In this document: positions 36,370 to 49,213 of the stretch, in pieces | Layout: every line of letters starts with the position of its first letter | How positions within the stretch are numbered: position 1 is the first letter of the stretch | Assembly: GCF_006345805.1 (NCBI RefSeq) | Contig: NC_043010.1 | Span: forward strand, 42,656,001-42,720,000 | DNA from: Octopus sinensis | Taxonomy: Eukaryota | Length of the DNA stretch: 64,000 bases | Direction of reading: 5' to 3' | Position numbers and translations under genes: made by a program | Notes under the pieces: model-generated | The model's input: only the letters and a program-made list of their open reading frames with translations | Told to the model about the DNA's origin: nothing | The model's database searches: none

Positions 36370-36940
36370 CATCATCATCATTTCACATCCACCTTCCATG
36401 GATGCCCTTCCTAACACCAACCTCCCAACAGAGTGAAGCACAGGTGAGGTCAGTTTTGGCATGGTTTTTACAGCTGGATGCCCTTCCAAACACCAACCAC
36501 TGTGGACTGGATACTTTTTACGTGGCACCAGCATTGGCAGAGTCAACAAGTAACTTGCAAAACAAAGAACCTTTGAGAAGGGAGGAGGCGTTGGAGGAGG
36601 TGATCTTCTGTCAGATGATAAAAGGTGAGAGTATGACAGAGAGACAGAGAGAGAGAAACAGGGGTCTTGCTGTAAAGGAGGTACATCAATAGTTTTGTAA
36701 GTTACATGGCAACCTCACTAGTGCTGGTGCAATGGAAAAAGCACCCACTACACTCTGTAAAGTGGTTGGCATTAAGAAGGGAATCTAGCAATAGAAGCCA
36801 TGCCAAAATCATGACACTGGAACACAATGTGGCCCTCCAGACTGTTGGATCCTGTTGAACTGTCTAACGAATGCCAGTATGGAAAGCAGACATATGATGA
36901 TCTTGCTGATGACAATGATATAGATTATGATGATGATGGT
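36370..36940. mobile_element. Two head-to-head RTE-tail copies (36370-36690 minus; 36710-36940 plus)
   Basis: GGATGCCCTTCC on one side and GGCATTAAGAAGGGAATC on the other; (CAT)n and (GAT)n outer tails. Confidence 0.7.
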
Positions 36941-37065
36941 GGAAAAAGCTCTTGAATTTATTTGGTTCAATAATTGTATTTTGAATAGTGTCTAATAATA
37001 TTCAGTAAAAGCAAATGCATAACAACCAAAATGAAGGAAAAGAAGAAACAATGTAAAAAACTCAC

Positions 37066-37154
37066 ATCCAATTAGCATGAATTCCGCTGTGGTAATCTTT
37101 AGGAATTAATCACAAAAGTAAATATTGCTCGTCGTCTAAAGTCACTGCCACATC
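37066..37154 (-). other. Candidate 89-nt non-coding exon
   Basis: Acceptor TTTTGTTAATTTTCTAG|G and donor GAT|GTGAGT; retains CpGs; stops in all three frames. Confidence 0.4.
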
Positions 37155-37531
37155 CTAGAAAATTAACAAAAATTTACTTTTTAAAATTTGTCTCAGTAGC
37201 TGAGCAGGTTTTGCCATATAAATATATATCTGGATACTACATAAGCTCCTAAAGAAATTGGGATTCCAGAAATTTTTGCTGAGGCAGGTAAAATAAAGTG
37301 TCATTCATTAAAAGCAAAATAAGAAACCACAGTTAAGTACATTGATACAGATAAAATAAAAATTTCAAAGACATAATTCTTCTGCTAAAAAAAAATGATG
37401 TTATGCAAGAAAAAGCTTTGTGTTTCAATAATGAATTATATTAGAAACTCAGTGCAGATAAAAACCTTATTTTACATAATAAAGATAAAAACATTTCCTA
37501 ATGAAGAATTATAAATTTATATATATCATAT

Positions 37532-37982
37532 AGACGCAGGAATAACTGTGTGGTTTAAGATGCTTTTTTCCCAACCACTTGGTTCTGAGTTCAGTGTCTT
37601 CTACTATAGCACTGGGCTTACCAAAGCCTTGTGAGATGATTTGGAAGATGGAATGTGGAAGAAACTTGGCATATATAGTAGAAGATTCTCATCCAGGTTG
37701 CCATGGTGTGTGTGAGAGAGAGATAGATAGAGAGAGTTGGTGTCTCCCTACCTTGACATCACATGATTGTTATAAACATGTGTCACCAACATACAAGTTG
37801 TGCCCTTCATTTCCAATCTTCCATGGCTGTGGGGGGGGGGGGGGGAATTACCTAACTTGGAAACTGGTGAGGGTTGGTGACAGGAAAGGCATCCAGTCAT
37901 AGAAATTCCATCTCAACAAATTCCACCTAACTCATGCAGGCATAGAAAAGGGAACATTAAACAATGAGGATGATGGTGGTGG
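37532..37982 (+). mobile_element. SINE variant with an RTE-type tail
   Basis: SINE head as at 10646, internal (GA)n, then GGTGACAGGAAAGGCATCC...ACATTAAACAATGAGGATGATG. Confidence 0.7.
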
Positions 37983-38055
37983 TAATAATCATCATTAATG
38001 GAAAATGATAAATAATGTGTCAGTTACCATTCCCCATAAATAAGTTAGTATATAT

Positions 38056-38530
38056 TTACTCTTTTACTTGTTTCAGTCATTTTGACTGCGGCCATGCTGG
38101 AGCACTGCCTTTAGTCGAGCAAATCGATCCTGGGACTTATTCTTTGTAAGCCTAGTACTTATTCTATCGGTGTCTTTTGCCGAACCGCTAAGTTACGGGG
38201 ACGTAAACACAACAGCATCAGTTGTCAAGCGATGTTGGGAGGACAAACACAGACACACAAACACACACATATATATATGGCGGTGCCCCAGCATGGCCAC
38301 AGCTCATTAGCTGAAACTGGAAAATCAAAATCAAAATCAAATATATATATATAAATACATATACGACAGGTTTCTTTCAGTTTCCGACTACCAAATCCAC
38401 TCACAAGGCTTTGGTCAGCCCAAGGATATAGTAGAAGACACTTACTTGCCCAAGGTGCCACGTAGTGGGACTGAACCCGGAACCATGTGGTTGGTAAGCA
38501 AGCTACTTACCACACAGCCACTCCTGTGCC
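38056..38530 (-). mobile_element. Complete tRNA-derived SINE
   Basis: Reverse complement of the 10646 family. Confidence 0.85.
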
Positions 38531-38914
38531 TATATTTATAAATTTCTTATTAACTTCCACTACACTCACAATGCATACTCAGATTGGAATACCGAATTGC
38601 ATTCCAAGAATTAAATTGATTCAAAAGCAATTATTTGAAGAGATACACAACTAAGTACCTTCCATACGGAAGATGAACATACATAGGGTTATGTATAACC
38701 TTAACAAAATGAACACAACTGATTTAGTGTAACTTTCACTACACTCAAAATACATTCCCAGAGCTATCTTCTTGACTTGTCAATTTTCAATCTTTCTCCC
38801 CCTACATGGATTTGTCCAATTCTAATGAAATATCTGAAGTGTGTATCATTCCCATGAAATTAAATCACTATGGCTTTGCCGACTACTAATTAGCTGCCCT
38901 CTCTTCACAATGAT

Positions 38915-39280
38915 AAAATATATAAACGGCAAAATGTCTGTCTGTGTGTGCGTGTCTTTTATACAAATCCACAATTTTTCAGTTAGAGGCCTCGCACTTT
39001 CTATGGTCATTCAAAACCGTCCAAGGATGGTCGTGCACATCTTTACATTTCCCCAGTCACCCTGCAAAGCCATTAAAAAATCAATAGAAGTGACTTTTTT
39101 GTGAATTTTCTCTCCAAAACCCAATCATAATGCCCAAAACGTGATATGCCAATTGAATGCCAGCTAGCTGTATGTGATTGGTCGGAGATTTGGACAGTAC
39201 TCACGTGTATGTGCGCACGCACGCAGCTGTATATGCATGCACTAGCACTATGACCTGGCAACGCCGGGCCATAGAGCTAG
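38915..39280 (+). mobile_element. Non-autonomous Helitron
   Basis: TATATAAACGGCAAAATGTCTGTCTGTG 5' region; CCTGGC-AAC-GCCGGG hairpin plus CTAG|T at 39277-39281. Exact 5' base uncertain. Confidence 0.7.
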
Positions 39281-39544
39281 TCAGTCATAAAATAACTCCT
39301 TTAGCACCATGAATCTCATTTCCTTTTCAGTGGTAAACAATACACTTTCTGTAAAGCCAGATTTATTAGTGGCTTGCACCCCTACCACTCCTCAGTGTTT
39401 TCTTGCCTTTAAAAGTTTCATTAAAAGCAATATCAGCAAAGCCTTTAGTTTTGTCTAGCAAGAAAAGTAGCCTCCCTGTGGTCTCTATCCATCTCTTTCA
39501 TAGATCAGAACTTTCTTGACAGACTGCACTATTGCACTATATGG

Positions 39545-40350
39545 TCATGGAGCTCTCTCCAACGTCTGCTTTCCATGCTATGCTAGCATGGGTTGGATGA
39601 TTTTGACTGAGGGCTGGCGAACCAGATGGCTGCACCAGGCTCCAATCTTGATCTGGCAGAGTTTCTACAGCTGGATGCCCTACATAATGCCAACCATTCC
39701 GAGAGTGTAGTAGGTGCTTTTTACATGACACCGGCACGAGGGGGCCAGTCAGGCGGTACTGGCAACGACCTCGCTCAAATCTTTTTACACGTGCCACCAG
39801 CAGAGGTGCTGGCTCCAACCCTCTTCCTCCAGTACATTAATAACTTAATTGTTGTTATTTTAATCCCACACACTCATATACAACCCTTTATTCTTCATGC
39901 AACTTAGACACTTCAAACCACACTTACAGCCCACCAAATGCACCCTTCCTTCTGTCATTTCTATAATCTTAACTACACCCTAAAACCACATACTAAATAC
40001 TTTATCAAATCATTTATCTCAAAAGTAGTGTTTCTCAAGGTGGGGCATGTTACTTCCGAAAGAAGCATAAGTAACAAGGAAATAAAACTTGCAATAAAAT
40101 TTTAATTAAAACTTAAGCAAAGTAAAATCAGTCATCCCTCCATACAGGCTTGTCCTTTATAGGTGTCGGTACCATGTAAAATGCACTTGTGCCAGTGGCA
40201 TGTGAAAAGCACCTAGCACACTCTGTTAGGAAGGGCATCCAGCCATAGAAACTATGCGACAACAGACAATCAGAGTCTGGACAGCTTCCTGTCAAACCAT
40301 CCAACCCATGCCAGCATGGAAAACAGACATTAAACAATGATGATGATGAT
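39545..40350. mobile_element. Two oppositely oriented RTE-tail copies (39545-39800 minus; 40140-40350 plus)
   Basis: Same diagnostic UTR blocks in opposite orientations. Confidence 0.7.
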
Positions 40351-40577
40351 CTCCCCACCACTACACAGTCAATAACACTATAAAAAGAGTCAAAAATTCC
40401 TGCAAGAACTTACTTCAATTTGGCGGCTCCACTAGAATGGATGAAAGCGCTAATATATGATATATGATGAATAAAAACATGTAACATACTAATAAATATC
40501 TGTAAATATAAAACCATCTGAATTTCTGAGTACCTCATTTCCTCTAATATAAAATACCTGTACATCATCTCCAAACC

Positions 40578-40618
<41 letters not shown>

Positions 40619-41329
40619 TAAATAGTAACTTTGTCCATTCATGGTGGAATGCATGTTTCTTTGAAAAACTGAAGTGGGGCATGGGACAAAAAGGGTCAAG
40701 AAATATTGATCTAATAGTTCTCAGAAATGCCCCCACTACCCCTATTTTCTTACTTATGATGACTTGAAGAAATTTCAACCAAAATCAATCATATCAATCT
40801 CACCAATATGATGTACCTTTAAAGGTCATAAACATTGCTTCTCTCTCTCTCTAACAGATAAACAAAGATCAGAAGTCATGTTATAGCCACCCACACTTTC
40901 TTTAGAAATTCATATTCAAAGATAATAATTCAGTAAATTTAGACAGTTACTTATGAATTGTAGGAACAAATATTATTAAGTGTTACATATTCTTAACGCT
41001 AACAATTGATTTAAGTACATGTGACAACTACTTTCAAATAGGCGGGCTTGATAACACACAGCAAGAGAAACCATTCTGACTAACCTCTTCGGCTACAGAA
41101 AAGACTACTGAAACCTACTGCCATCTGAGAAGTAACAATGCAAGTTATGCAGAAAAGTATAAGATAGAAATTCCATTTAGTCTATCCAATGTAAACTATG
41201 AGTGTACAAGGTGCAGTTGAATCACAAGCAAGTTGACGGAGAGGGAAGACTTTATTCGTGACAGTTAAGAGCACATTTGAAACATTCTTTCAAATGCCAA
41301 GTAGACTCCAAAGCTTTTCTTATCTAGTT

Positions 41330-41660
41330 AACCTAATTATCAATGGAAATTGCTTCTCAGAAAGCGTCTGAAAGAAAAACTGAGTATAAGAGGCAGTGTG
41401 AAAAACAGAAAACTCGCTGGTGCAGAGATGTGATGTATATGGTGGATGACATTTGGGTAAAGTACCAAGCAATCCAAGTGGAAAGACCTTGTAAAAGATC
41501 AAGACCAAAGAAGGATGGGAGGAGATTGTGAAAGCTGATCTCAGGGGTGTGAACTTCACAAAGGAAATGACAAGGGACTATGGAGACTGCTAAACAGGAA
41601 GGGACCCATACAACACATGCAGGCATGGAAAAAAAAGGGACAACAATGATGATGATGACT
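41330..41660 (+). mobile_element. Degraded RTE 3' end
   Basis: Remnant QVERPCKRSRPKKDG..VKADL followed by GCAGGCATGGAAAA...(GAT)n. Confidence 0.6.
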
Positions 41661-42099
41661 TACACAGATCTTTATAAAAACATTTCCCAATAACTCCCTT
41701 TTTGCCCCTACATATCTCAAAAATTGCTTCAAGAAACCCATTGCTACAGGTCGGAAGTGGCTATAAATACAGCAATTCTCGTGGAGCAACGATAAAAATG
41801 CCCCAAATATTGTCAATTTTGCAATATTAGTCAATTCTGCTAATATTTATTTGCTTTCAATCTAGTGACATCTAATCGAGCTAATAAAGACAAGATATTC
41901 CGTATAAATGGACATTTACAGGAATTATTCCTAGATAAGACACTAAAAGAATGTTTCGTAACTGTGTTTTCTTAAGATTTCTTACCAAATTCTTTAGAAC
42001 ACATTGAAATACTTGAAGCATGAGCTGAACTCATTACTTTTAGATCAATAAAAAGCTTTCACCTGTTAGCTACTACACATTGACAAATCTATACTCACA

Positions 42100-44150
42100 A
42101 CGTTACTACTGTTATTTTTTATTTGAAGTATTTTAGTTTTTAAATGAATCAAAATATAATTTTATTGTAGTTCCGTGACTATGTTGTTATCCGAATATAT
42201 GATTTAATACAAATGCGCTTTCTACAGTATATTCTAATTTGTAATATATTTAATAATAATATACACTATAAAGAATGATTTATAAGTGTATACGAATTTA
42301 AGCGTATTGCATACATATTTTAGGTACAAGTTACTTAACAACAAAAAGAGAGGCGGTGGAAAAGAGTAATGCACTTTTCATATCATTTGTATTCCCATAT
42401 GGTCTTGCAAAAAAAAAAAAAAAAGACTCGTGCAGTCTCACCATTACCTAATTATTTCAGCAGTAAAGAAAGAATTACTTATTGACTTTTATTCTGACAA
42501 CAGTAATAAGCTGGTAACGATTGAAAATTGATGATTTAAAACAAATTTCACAACCATCAAAAATCGTGAAAAAGTTTTATATAAAATCATGCATGAACAG
42601 ACGAAAAGTTTAATTGTAACAAAATTGTAATTTTAATTAATGTTTCTTCGTCTTTCACGGATATCTGTGTATGTGCATGCGTGGTGTATGTATGTGCATG
42701 GTGTGATTACGACAAATGAAAATTACCTTGGAAAATAGGTAAACAATAAATACATTTTGACTTAGTGAATTAAATGTTTATTGGTAATTGTAAAAGGTCT
42801 ATGCAAATTGAGCGAAAATAGGAATAGTAAATTTTTTTTTCTTAATTTGCCGAGAGTAAAAAAAAAAAACAAATATATAATAAATCAATTATGAAATTAA
42901 AAAGACAACAGCTTTCAATGAACTGATTGCATTTACAATCTTAGAAATCGGGTTTTCAATGAGATAAACATCATTAGTGAACAAACACACCGTCAGTTTC
43001 TATTGGCAAATATTTAATAGGTTATAGGTAAAAATCATCGATATAAAGATAGACTTCTAATACACTGATTAACAAACAATCACGAATGCAAGAATTCATA
43101 AATATAATAATAGCGTTAACGGATGTTTCTTAAACCATTTTGCACAAAAATACTTGAAAAATAATTTAATGAACCAATTTGCTTGATATAGTCGACTGAA
43201 ACATCTTAATAGAACGGGAATAACACGAATTATGAACCACCCAGTAAACAAATGTCATCTGTTTTAGTGTGCAGGAATTATTCATGTAAGCTATATTTTT
43301 GTTTCTATCAGTATATTTTATTAAATATTTCAAAATTATTTATTTCGATTGTAAAAATTACTTACCTTATTAAGGTAAATGACAATATAGAAGCAGTAAT
43401 TCTAAGATCTAAGACACCAGTTTCGTGGAGACATCAACAAGGGGCAGGTAACTCAAACTATCGTTGTATTTCATTTAATTGCTTAATTACAACTTAACAT
43501 GAAGTATTTTTCATAACATTTTGATGGAACTATTTTACTTTTTCTATTTCAACTTAACAAAATACTAAAAAAGAATATATATAAATACGTTAACGATATA
43601 AGTATAGACTAGAAATTAACCAGTAAAAAATATAAGTGATAACTAACACCGGTGTCACCGGTTGTTGTTACAAAATTGCAAAATGAGACACAAAGGAGTG
43701 ATAAAAAAAATTATTTGCTCCACAACTTGTTCATAAATCTTATTGGGAATTTATAATTCTCGAACATGCTTACGCTTCTGACGATTACATATTATTTTAT
43801 TCTTTTTTAATGTTTAGTTTGCAATTACAAATAAAGTTCTCAGGTAATCGTTATGCTGTTTAAATAAACAATATTTTGCGCCTCTTTTGTTTTGTTTGTT
43901 TTTCAGTTCCCTAATACCAAATGTTAAAAATACTTCAATACTTAGTTTTACATATATATGTGTGTGTATTGTTGTTGTTATTTTATTGCGAACGTTTAAG
44001 CGAAAAACAGCTGCTTGGAATATAAGTTAATCAGAATCCACGAATTAAGTTTAATGCTGCAAGAAAAATTTCTTGTGTTAAGGAATAATGAACAGTTTTT
44101 GGATAAATTAAATCTATTTGTTTTTGTTTTATTTTTTTAACTTCAGTCGA
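42100..44150. promoter_or_regulatory. CpG-retaining, TE-free island; candidate bidirectional promoter
   Basis: Manual count about 42 CpG in 42121-44160 versus about 6 in the next 2 kb. Minus donors at 43365 (AAG|GTAAGT), 42726 and 41985; plus donors after 43447 and 43843; ATTGG/CCAAT at ~43002 and ~43174. Confidence 0.5.
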
Positions 44151-45599
44151 CTGTAGTTATAACCAGCACCAATTTACTCAAAATAAAAGTATATTTGAAT
44201 AATTAAAAAAACTTATGTCTGTACATTGCCAAATTCATCATTTGAAATATGGCTCAGGAAAATCTTGACCAAATTCATGTAAGAAATATTGGAATTCCTG
44301 TTCCTTTTTCTCTAATGCAAGTGATATTTAGTAACAGAAAAATTTATTATAAAAGTATAGGTTTTGATGATACTTTTAATCCTCATCACCCTTCATCTCT
44401 GATTAACACAATGTTCTTGCAGGTTAGTCAAACTAGCCCTCAGTATTGTATAATACATATAAAAATTACTTTTCAGTTTAATTAATTCATTTCTGAAAAC
44501 TATAGCTGTAGGGAAAAATGAGAATGAAACAATGTGCAGATATATGTCATTCCATCTTGTTTTGGTTTAAAACTACTAGTAAAACAAAAGAAATTTTGGT
44601 GGGGTGAAGGAAGTTATTTTAGGTTATAAGACCCAAGTTTATAATTTACATGGTCAAGTATTTACCAATTTGAAACAAAACTCTGCTAATATAACTTTTA
44701 CTGTAACATTAAATACTGATTTCTCAGTTCTCATATTGATATATTGTATATTACAGTATTATTAACTGTAGAAAAGTTGAGAGATAAAGTCAACTTCAAC
44801 AGGACTAAAACAACAGTGACCCAGCCACTTACAAGGCATCTTATTCTGCAGTCTCTGAAGTTCCTGTCCTTCATAGCATTAAGTATTGCTTTGCATTGAC
44901 AAAAGGTTACAAATCTATGAAAATGGCTAAACATGGCTGTAATTGGGATGGGGAGGGTAAGAAAACAAAAAGCAACAGATTGGTGGGTATGTTGGGTAAA
45001 TGAATCTTTGCCAATCATCGAATAACTTTTTGGAGGAAGTTGTCTTGGATGATAATGTCAATAAGTAGCAGTATTATCCCATAAATATAGGATTATTGCT
45101 CCAGGATAGATTGCACTTGCATTTGTAAAGTGTCACCAGCTGATCAAAGCAAAAGTATTTCATGCCTTAGCTTTTTGAAAATATTTTTTTTATCGCTTAG
45201 TCCAAAGAGAAAAAGCAATACTTATGACTCTTTAGGGTCTCTAAGGCTTAGTAAAAGGAAGTTATCCATAGATCTGTAACCTGGCCCAAATTCTTGCAGC
45301 CATTTACTCAACTAAAGGTACCCGCAGACCAGATTTTTATATCACCCAAAAACAGGAAGGTACTTTCACTGGGCTTCCATAAATTATTTTCTTTCACTGA
45401 AGTTTCCTCATTAGGCTTCGCTTGAACTGAGCTATGGTAGATGACACTTGCTCAAGGTACTGTGCTATGGAATCAGACCCATTCTTAACCACGCAACCAT
45501 GCCTGTACCATTTTGCAATGATATAGATATGTAGTTGCCTTAAAAACCTCAGAAATTGCAAAACTCCAGCAATAGCATTGGTTATGAGATGTTCCTGAG

Positions 45600-47185
45600 T
45601 AAAGAGGATTTAATGCAAGGCCCTTTCATTAGTATTACTAAAAGAGAAGTAAGTAAGTCTGGCATGGAGTGTCTAGTTTGCATGCAGATTCCATCTCTAT
45701 GAAAGGTTAAGTAGTTTGCATATATATGAGATGGAGGGAAGCTTTAGAATCATAAATGTTTTATTTTTAGCAAATAAATCTTTTAAAGGACTACCAACGT
45801 TCTACCCTACCCCAAGTTCTGTGGTCTTCAACTGGTCTACACAGTTCCATTAACAACTATAGAATCCCACAAAAAGGACACTCAGTGGATTCTTCTACAA
45901 GTAGCTGGGGTTCCACAGCTATGTAACAATATATGGAACCAGTAACAACTTATAGCTCCTATTCAACAGTCTCATTGAAGAATTCAATATAATGCATATA
46001 AGAGAGTCTTACAATATTGTGACTCCAAGGATCAGAAGGTGTCATCAACAGGCAATCAGGGAAAGAACATGGTGGAAACAGAGAGCAGAGAAAGCTGTGT
46101 AAATGGCAGAAATCTTGGTAACTGGCAGATTGAACTTGGCAATACCCAGGACAAAGAGAGACAACGTTTCATTCAGGAGAAAGTCTGAGTAGATGTAGAG
46201 GAATAGCAAATGAGTAGAATCATGGGCTTTAGGCATCAAGGAGCAAGGACAAAAGTGTGAGAGTGTGCAGCAATGCTTCAAGTTCATTTGGTAAAACATT
46301 ATAATAGGCAGAGTTCCTTCATCTTCAGTTCCTTGTCTAGGCTGTCTATGATTCCTTGCTAAATCCTGTTAATCTTTATATCTAGGGCAAGAGCAACACA
46401 CCATCTTGACTACTTTTCTCTGACAGAAGAACCTTCAAATATCTTCTCAGTAGCTGCTCAAGAAGATGGCTATCATTGGTGCCATGATCATGTGCTCAAA
46501 GCAATTTCTGAGAGATTAGCTACATCCATCAGCACTGCACCCCCAAAGAAGGCAATTAGATTTGTCAAAACTGGAGCAATATCTACAGCCAAAGAACAAG
46601 GGTGGGCCTCCTCTGCACAGTCTCTGACAAGAACCAACATTATTATTTTGACAGACAGATGAAGTTTCCGCAGCACATAGTACTAACATCATTCTAGTTA
46701 GGCATTTATATTTTATCTAGTTTCAGCTCACGAGCTGTGGCCATGCTGGGGCACCGCATGATCATTACCACTGAAGTAATAAAATACATGATCATACTGG
46801 AGCTTAATGCCCTTGGAGGTGTATACTGACAAGGCTGACTAGATGAAACATAAGAAGTACCACAAACTAGTAACAAAGGGCCAGAACAGAGACCGGAAAA
46901 CATTATGAGCCTTTTTAGATGTGGTGTGCAGAGGCTTTGCAGAATGCTCACTCTACTAAGACCTCTACTGCTAGAGTTTTGCAGAGGTGACAATGAAGAA
47001 TGCCATTCAGTCCACAAGTGAAGCTGTAAAAAAAGCCACCAGCTTTGGATTAAGATGACTAAACTATGGACAGTTACTGCTGAGACTGATTCAACCAAAG
47101 CTAGGTTACCTGGACAATGGGTATCTGATGTTGAAGCATCCAAAATACCTGATGACTCTAGGTTATTTCACTGATGATGTACTCC
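45600..47185 (+). mobile_element. HERO/NeSL-like LINE 3' fragment (restriction-like endonuclease clade), interrupted by a SINE tail at ~46720-46780
   Basis: SLIEEF..LQYCDSKDQKV, AVYDSLLNPVNL, LLSSC..DGYHWCHDHVLKAISE..IRFVKTG, MIILEL, CRGFA; many stops. Confidence 0.7.
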
Positions 47186-47336
47186 AGGTCATTCTGGAGA
47201 TGTATCTTGCATGATGTGTGTTTATCTAAGCCTGTCTTTAAGTGTACATTATGTACACAGACACACACATGTATGTATATATATATATGAAAAAACAAGT
47301 CAGGATAGAAAATGCTAAAATAATTTTATACAGAAC

Positions 47337-47380
47337 ATTTCAGTACCGGTTTCAGTCATTGAGACTTTTTCAACTGTAAC
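47337..47380 (-). ncRNA. Minimal hammerhead ribozyme motif, U3-A8 core variant
   Basis: GUUACAG-UUGAAAA-AGUC(UCAAU)GACU-GAA-ACCGGU-A|CUGAAAU: perfect 4-bp stem II, palindromic ACCGGU stem III, GUA triplet; predicted cut between 47344 and 47343. Confidence 0.65.
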
Positions 47381-47561
47381 AATTAAATAATTAAATTTAG
47401 AAAAATTAAAAGGAAAGTTTTTAAAAGAATATTTGTATAGTGTTCAAATACAAGTGGCATTTTCCTTGTTTCTGCCTGTCTCTGTCTCTCTTGTTTACTC
47501 TTGTGAGTTCGAGGTCGTTGTGAATTCTTGGTAGGGAAGAAGAAGGAGGAGGAGGAGTAAC

Positions 47562-48349
47562 ATATATATATATATATATATATCATCATCATCATCATCA
47601 TCGTTTAGCGTCCGTTTTCCATGCTAGCATGGGTTGGACGGTTCTACTGGGGTCTGTGAAGCCAGAAGGCTTCATCAGGCCCAGTCAAATCTGGCAGTGT
47701 TTCTACGGCTGGATGCCCTTCCTAACGCCAACCACTCCGTGAGTGTAGTGGGTGCTTTTTACGTGCCACCCGCACTGGTGCCAGACAGAGCTGGCAAACG
47801 GCCACGAACGGATGGTGCTTTTTATGTGCCACCGGCACGAGGGCCAGGCGAGGCTGGCAACGGACATGAAACGGGGCGGTGCTGGCAACGGTCGTGAAAC
47901 GGAAAGTTCTCTTACATGCCACCGGCACTGGTAGCACATCCGCAATTTCCATTGATCGATTTCGATTCTGATCCTCACTTGCCTCATCACGTCTTCACAA
48001 GTAGAGTTTTGTGTCCCAAGAAGGGAAGGTATGCATACGTAGGCTGGCTCCATCCCATGTAGAAGGCCACGGGTTATGGACTCACTTGTCCTGCCGGGTC
48101 TTCTCGCGCACAGCACACTTCCAGAGGTCTCGGTCTCTAGTCATTTCCTCAGTGAGACCTAAAGTTCGAAGGTCGTGCTTCACCACCTCGTCCCAGGTTT
48201 TCCTGGGTCTGCCTCTTCCACAGGTTCCCTCATATATATATATATATTACATTTTGTGAACATGATTTAATATTTCTAAATTGAATTTTTCCCTGTAAGT
48301 TTGGAATGATATTCCCTCATATTATTATTATTATTATATATATTTTATA

Positions 48350-48386
<37 letters not shown>

Positions 48387-49151
48387 TCATCATCATCATC
48401 ATCGTTTAGCGTCCGTTTTCCATGCTAGCATGGGTTGGACGGTTCTACTGGGGTCTGTGAAGCCAGAAGGCTTCATCAGGCCCAGTCAAATCTGGCAGTG
48501 TTTCTACGGCTGGATGCCCTTCCTAACGCCAACCACTCCGTGAGTGTAGTGGGTGCTTTTTACGTGCCACCCGCACTGGTGCCAGACAGAGCTGGCAAAC
48601 GGCCACGAACGGATGGTGCTTTTTATGTGCCACCGGCACGAGGGCCAGGCGAGGCTGGCAACGGACATGAAACGGGGCGGTGCTGGCAACGGTCGTGAAA
48701 CGGAAAGTTCTCTTACATGCCACCGGCACTGGTAGCACATCCGCAATTTCCATTGATCGATTTCGATTCTGATCCTCACTTGCCTCATCACGTCTTCACA
48801 AGTAGAGTTTTGTGTCCCAAGAAGGGAAGGTATGCATACGTAGGCTGGCTCCATCCCATGTAGAAGGCCACGGGTTATGGACTCACTTGTCCTGCCGGGT
48901 CTTCTCGCGCACAGCACACTTCCAGAGGTCTCGGTCTCTAGTCATTTCCTCAGTGAGACCTAAAGTTCGAAGGTCGTGCTTCACCACCTCGTCCCAGGTT
49001 TTCCTGGGTCTGCCTCTTCCACAGGTTCCCTCATATATATATATATATTACATTTTGTGAAACATGATTTAATATTTCTAAATTGAATTTTTCCCTGTAA
49101 GTTTGGAATGATATTCCCTCATATTATTATTATTATTATATATATTTTATA

Positions 49152-49192
<41 letters not shown>

Positions 49193-49213
49193 TCATCATC
49201 ATCATCATCATCA
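47562..49213. repeat. Near-identical 801-bp tandem duplication
   Basis: Identical ORFs at 47634/48435, 47752/48553 and 48011/48812; the only differences seen are a 1-nt indel (GTGAAC vs GTGAAAC) and TA-run length. Confidence 0.95.
47583..48230 (-). mobile_element. Young 5'-truncated RTE copy (duplicated at 48384-49031)
   Basis: Minus strand EGTCGRGRPRKTWDEVVKHDLRTLGLTEEMTRDRDLW, then UTR and (GAT)n. Confidence 0.9.

Noticed and set aside
47120-47185. CTGATG/CTGATGA motifs in the HERO 3' UTR suggesting a ribozyme or C/D-box RNA
   Set aside because: No consistent three-stem hammerhead or terminal C/D stem could be drawn.
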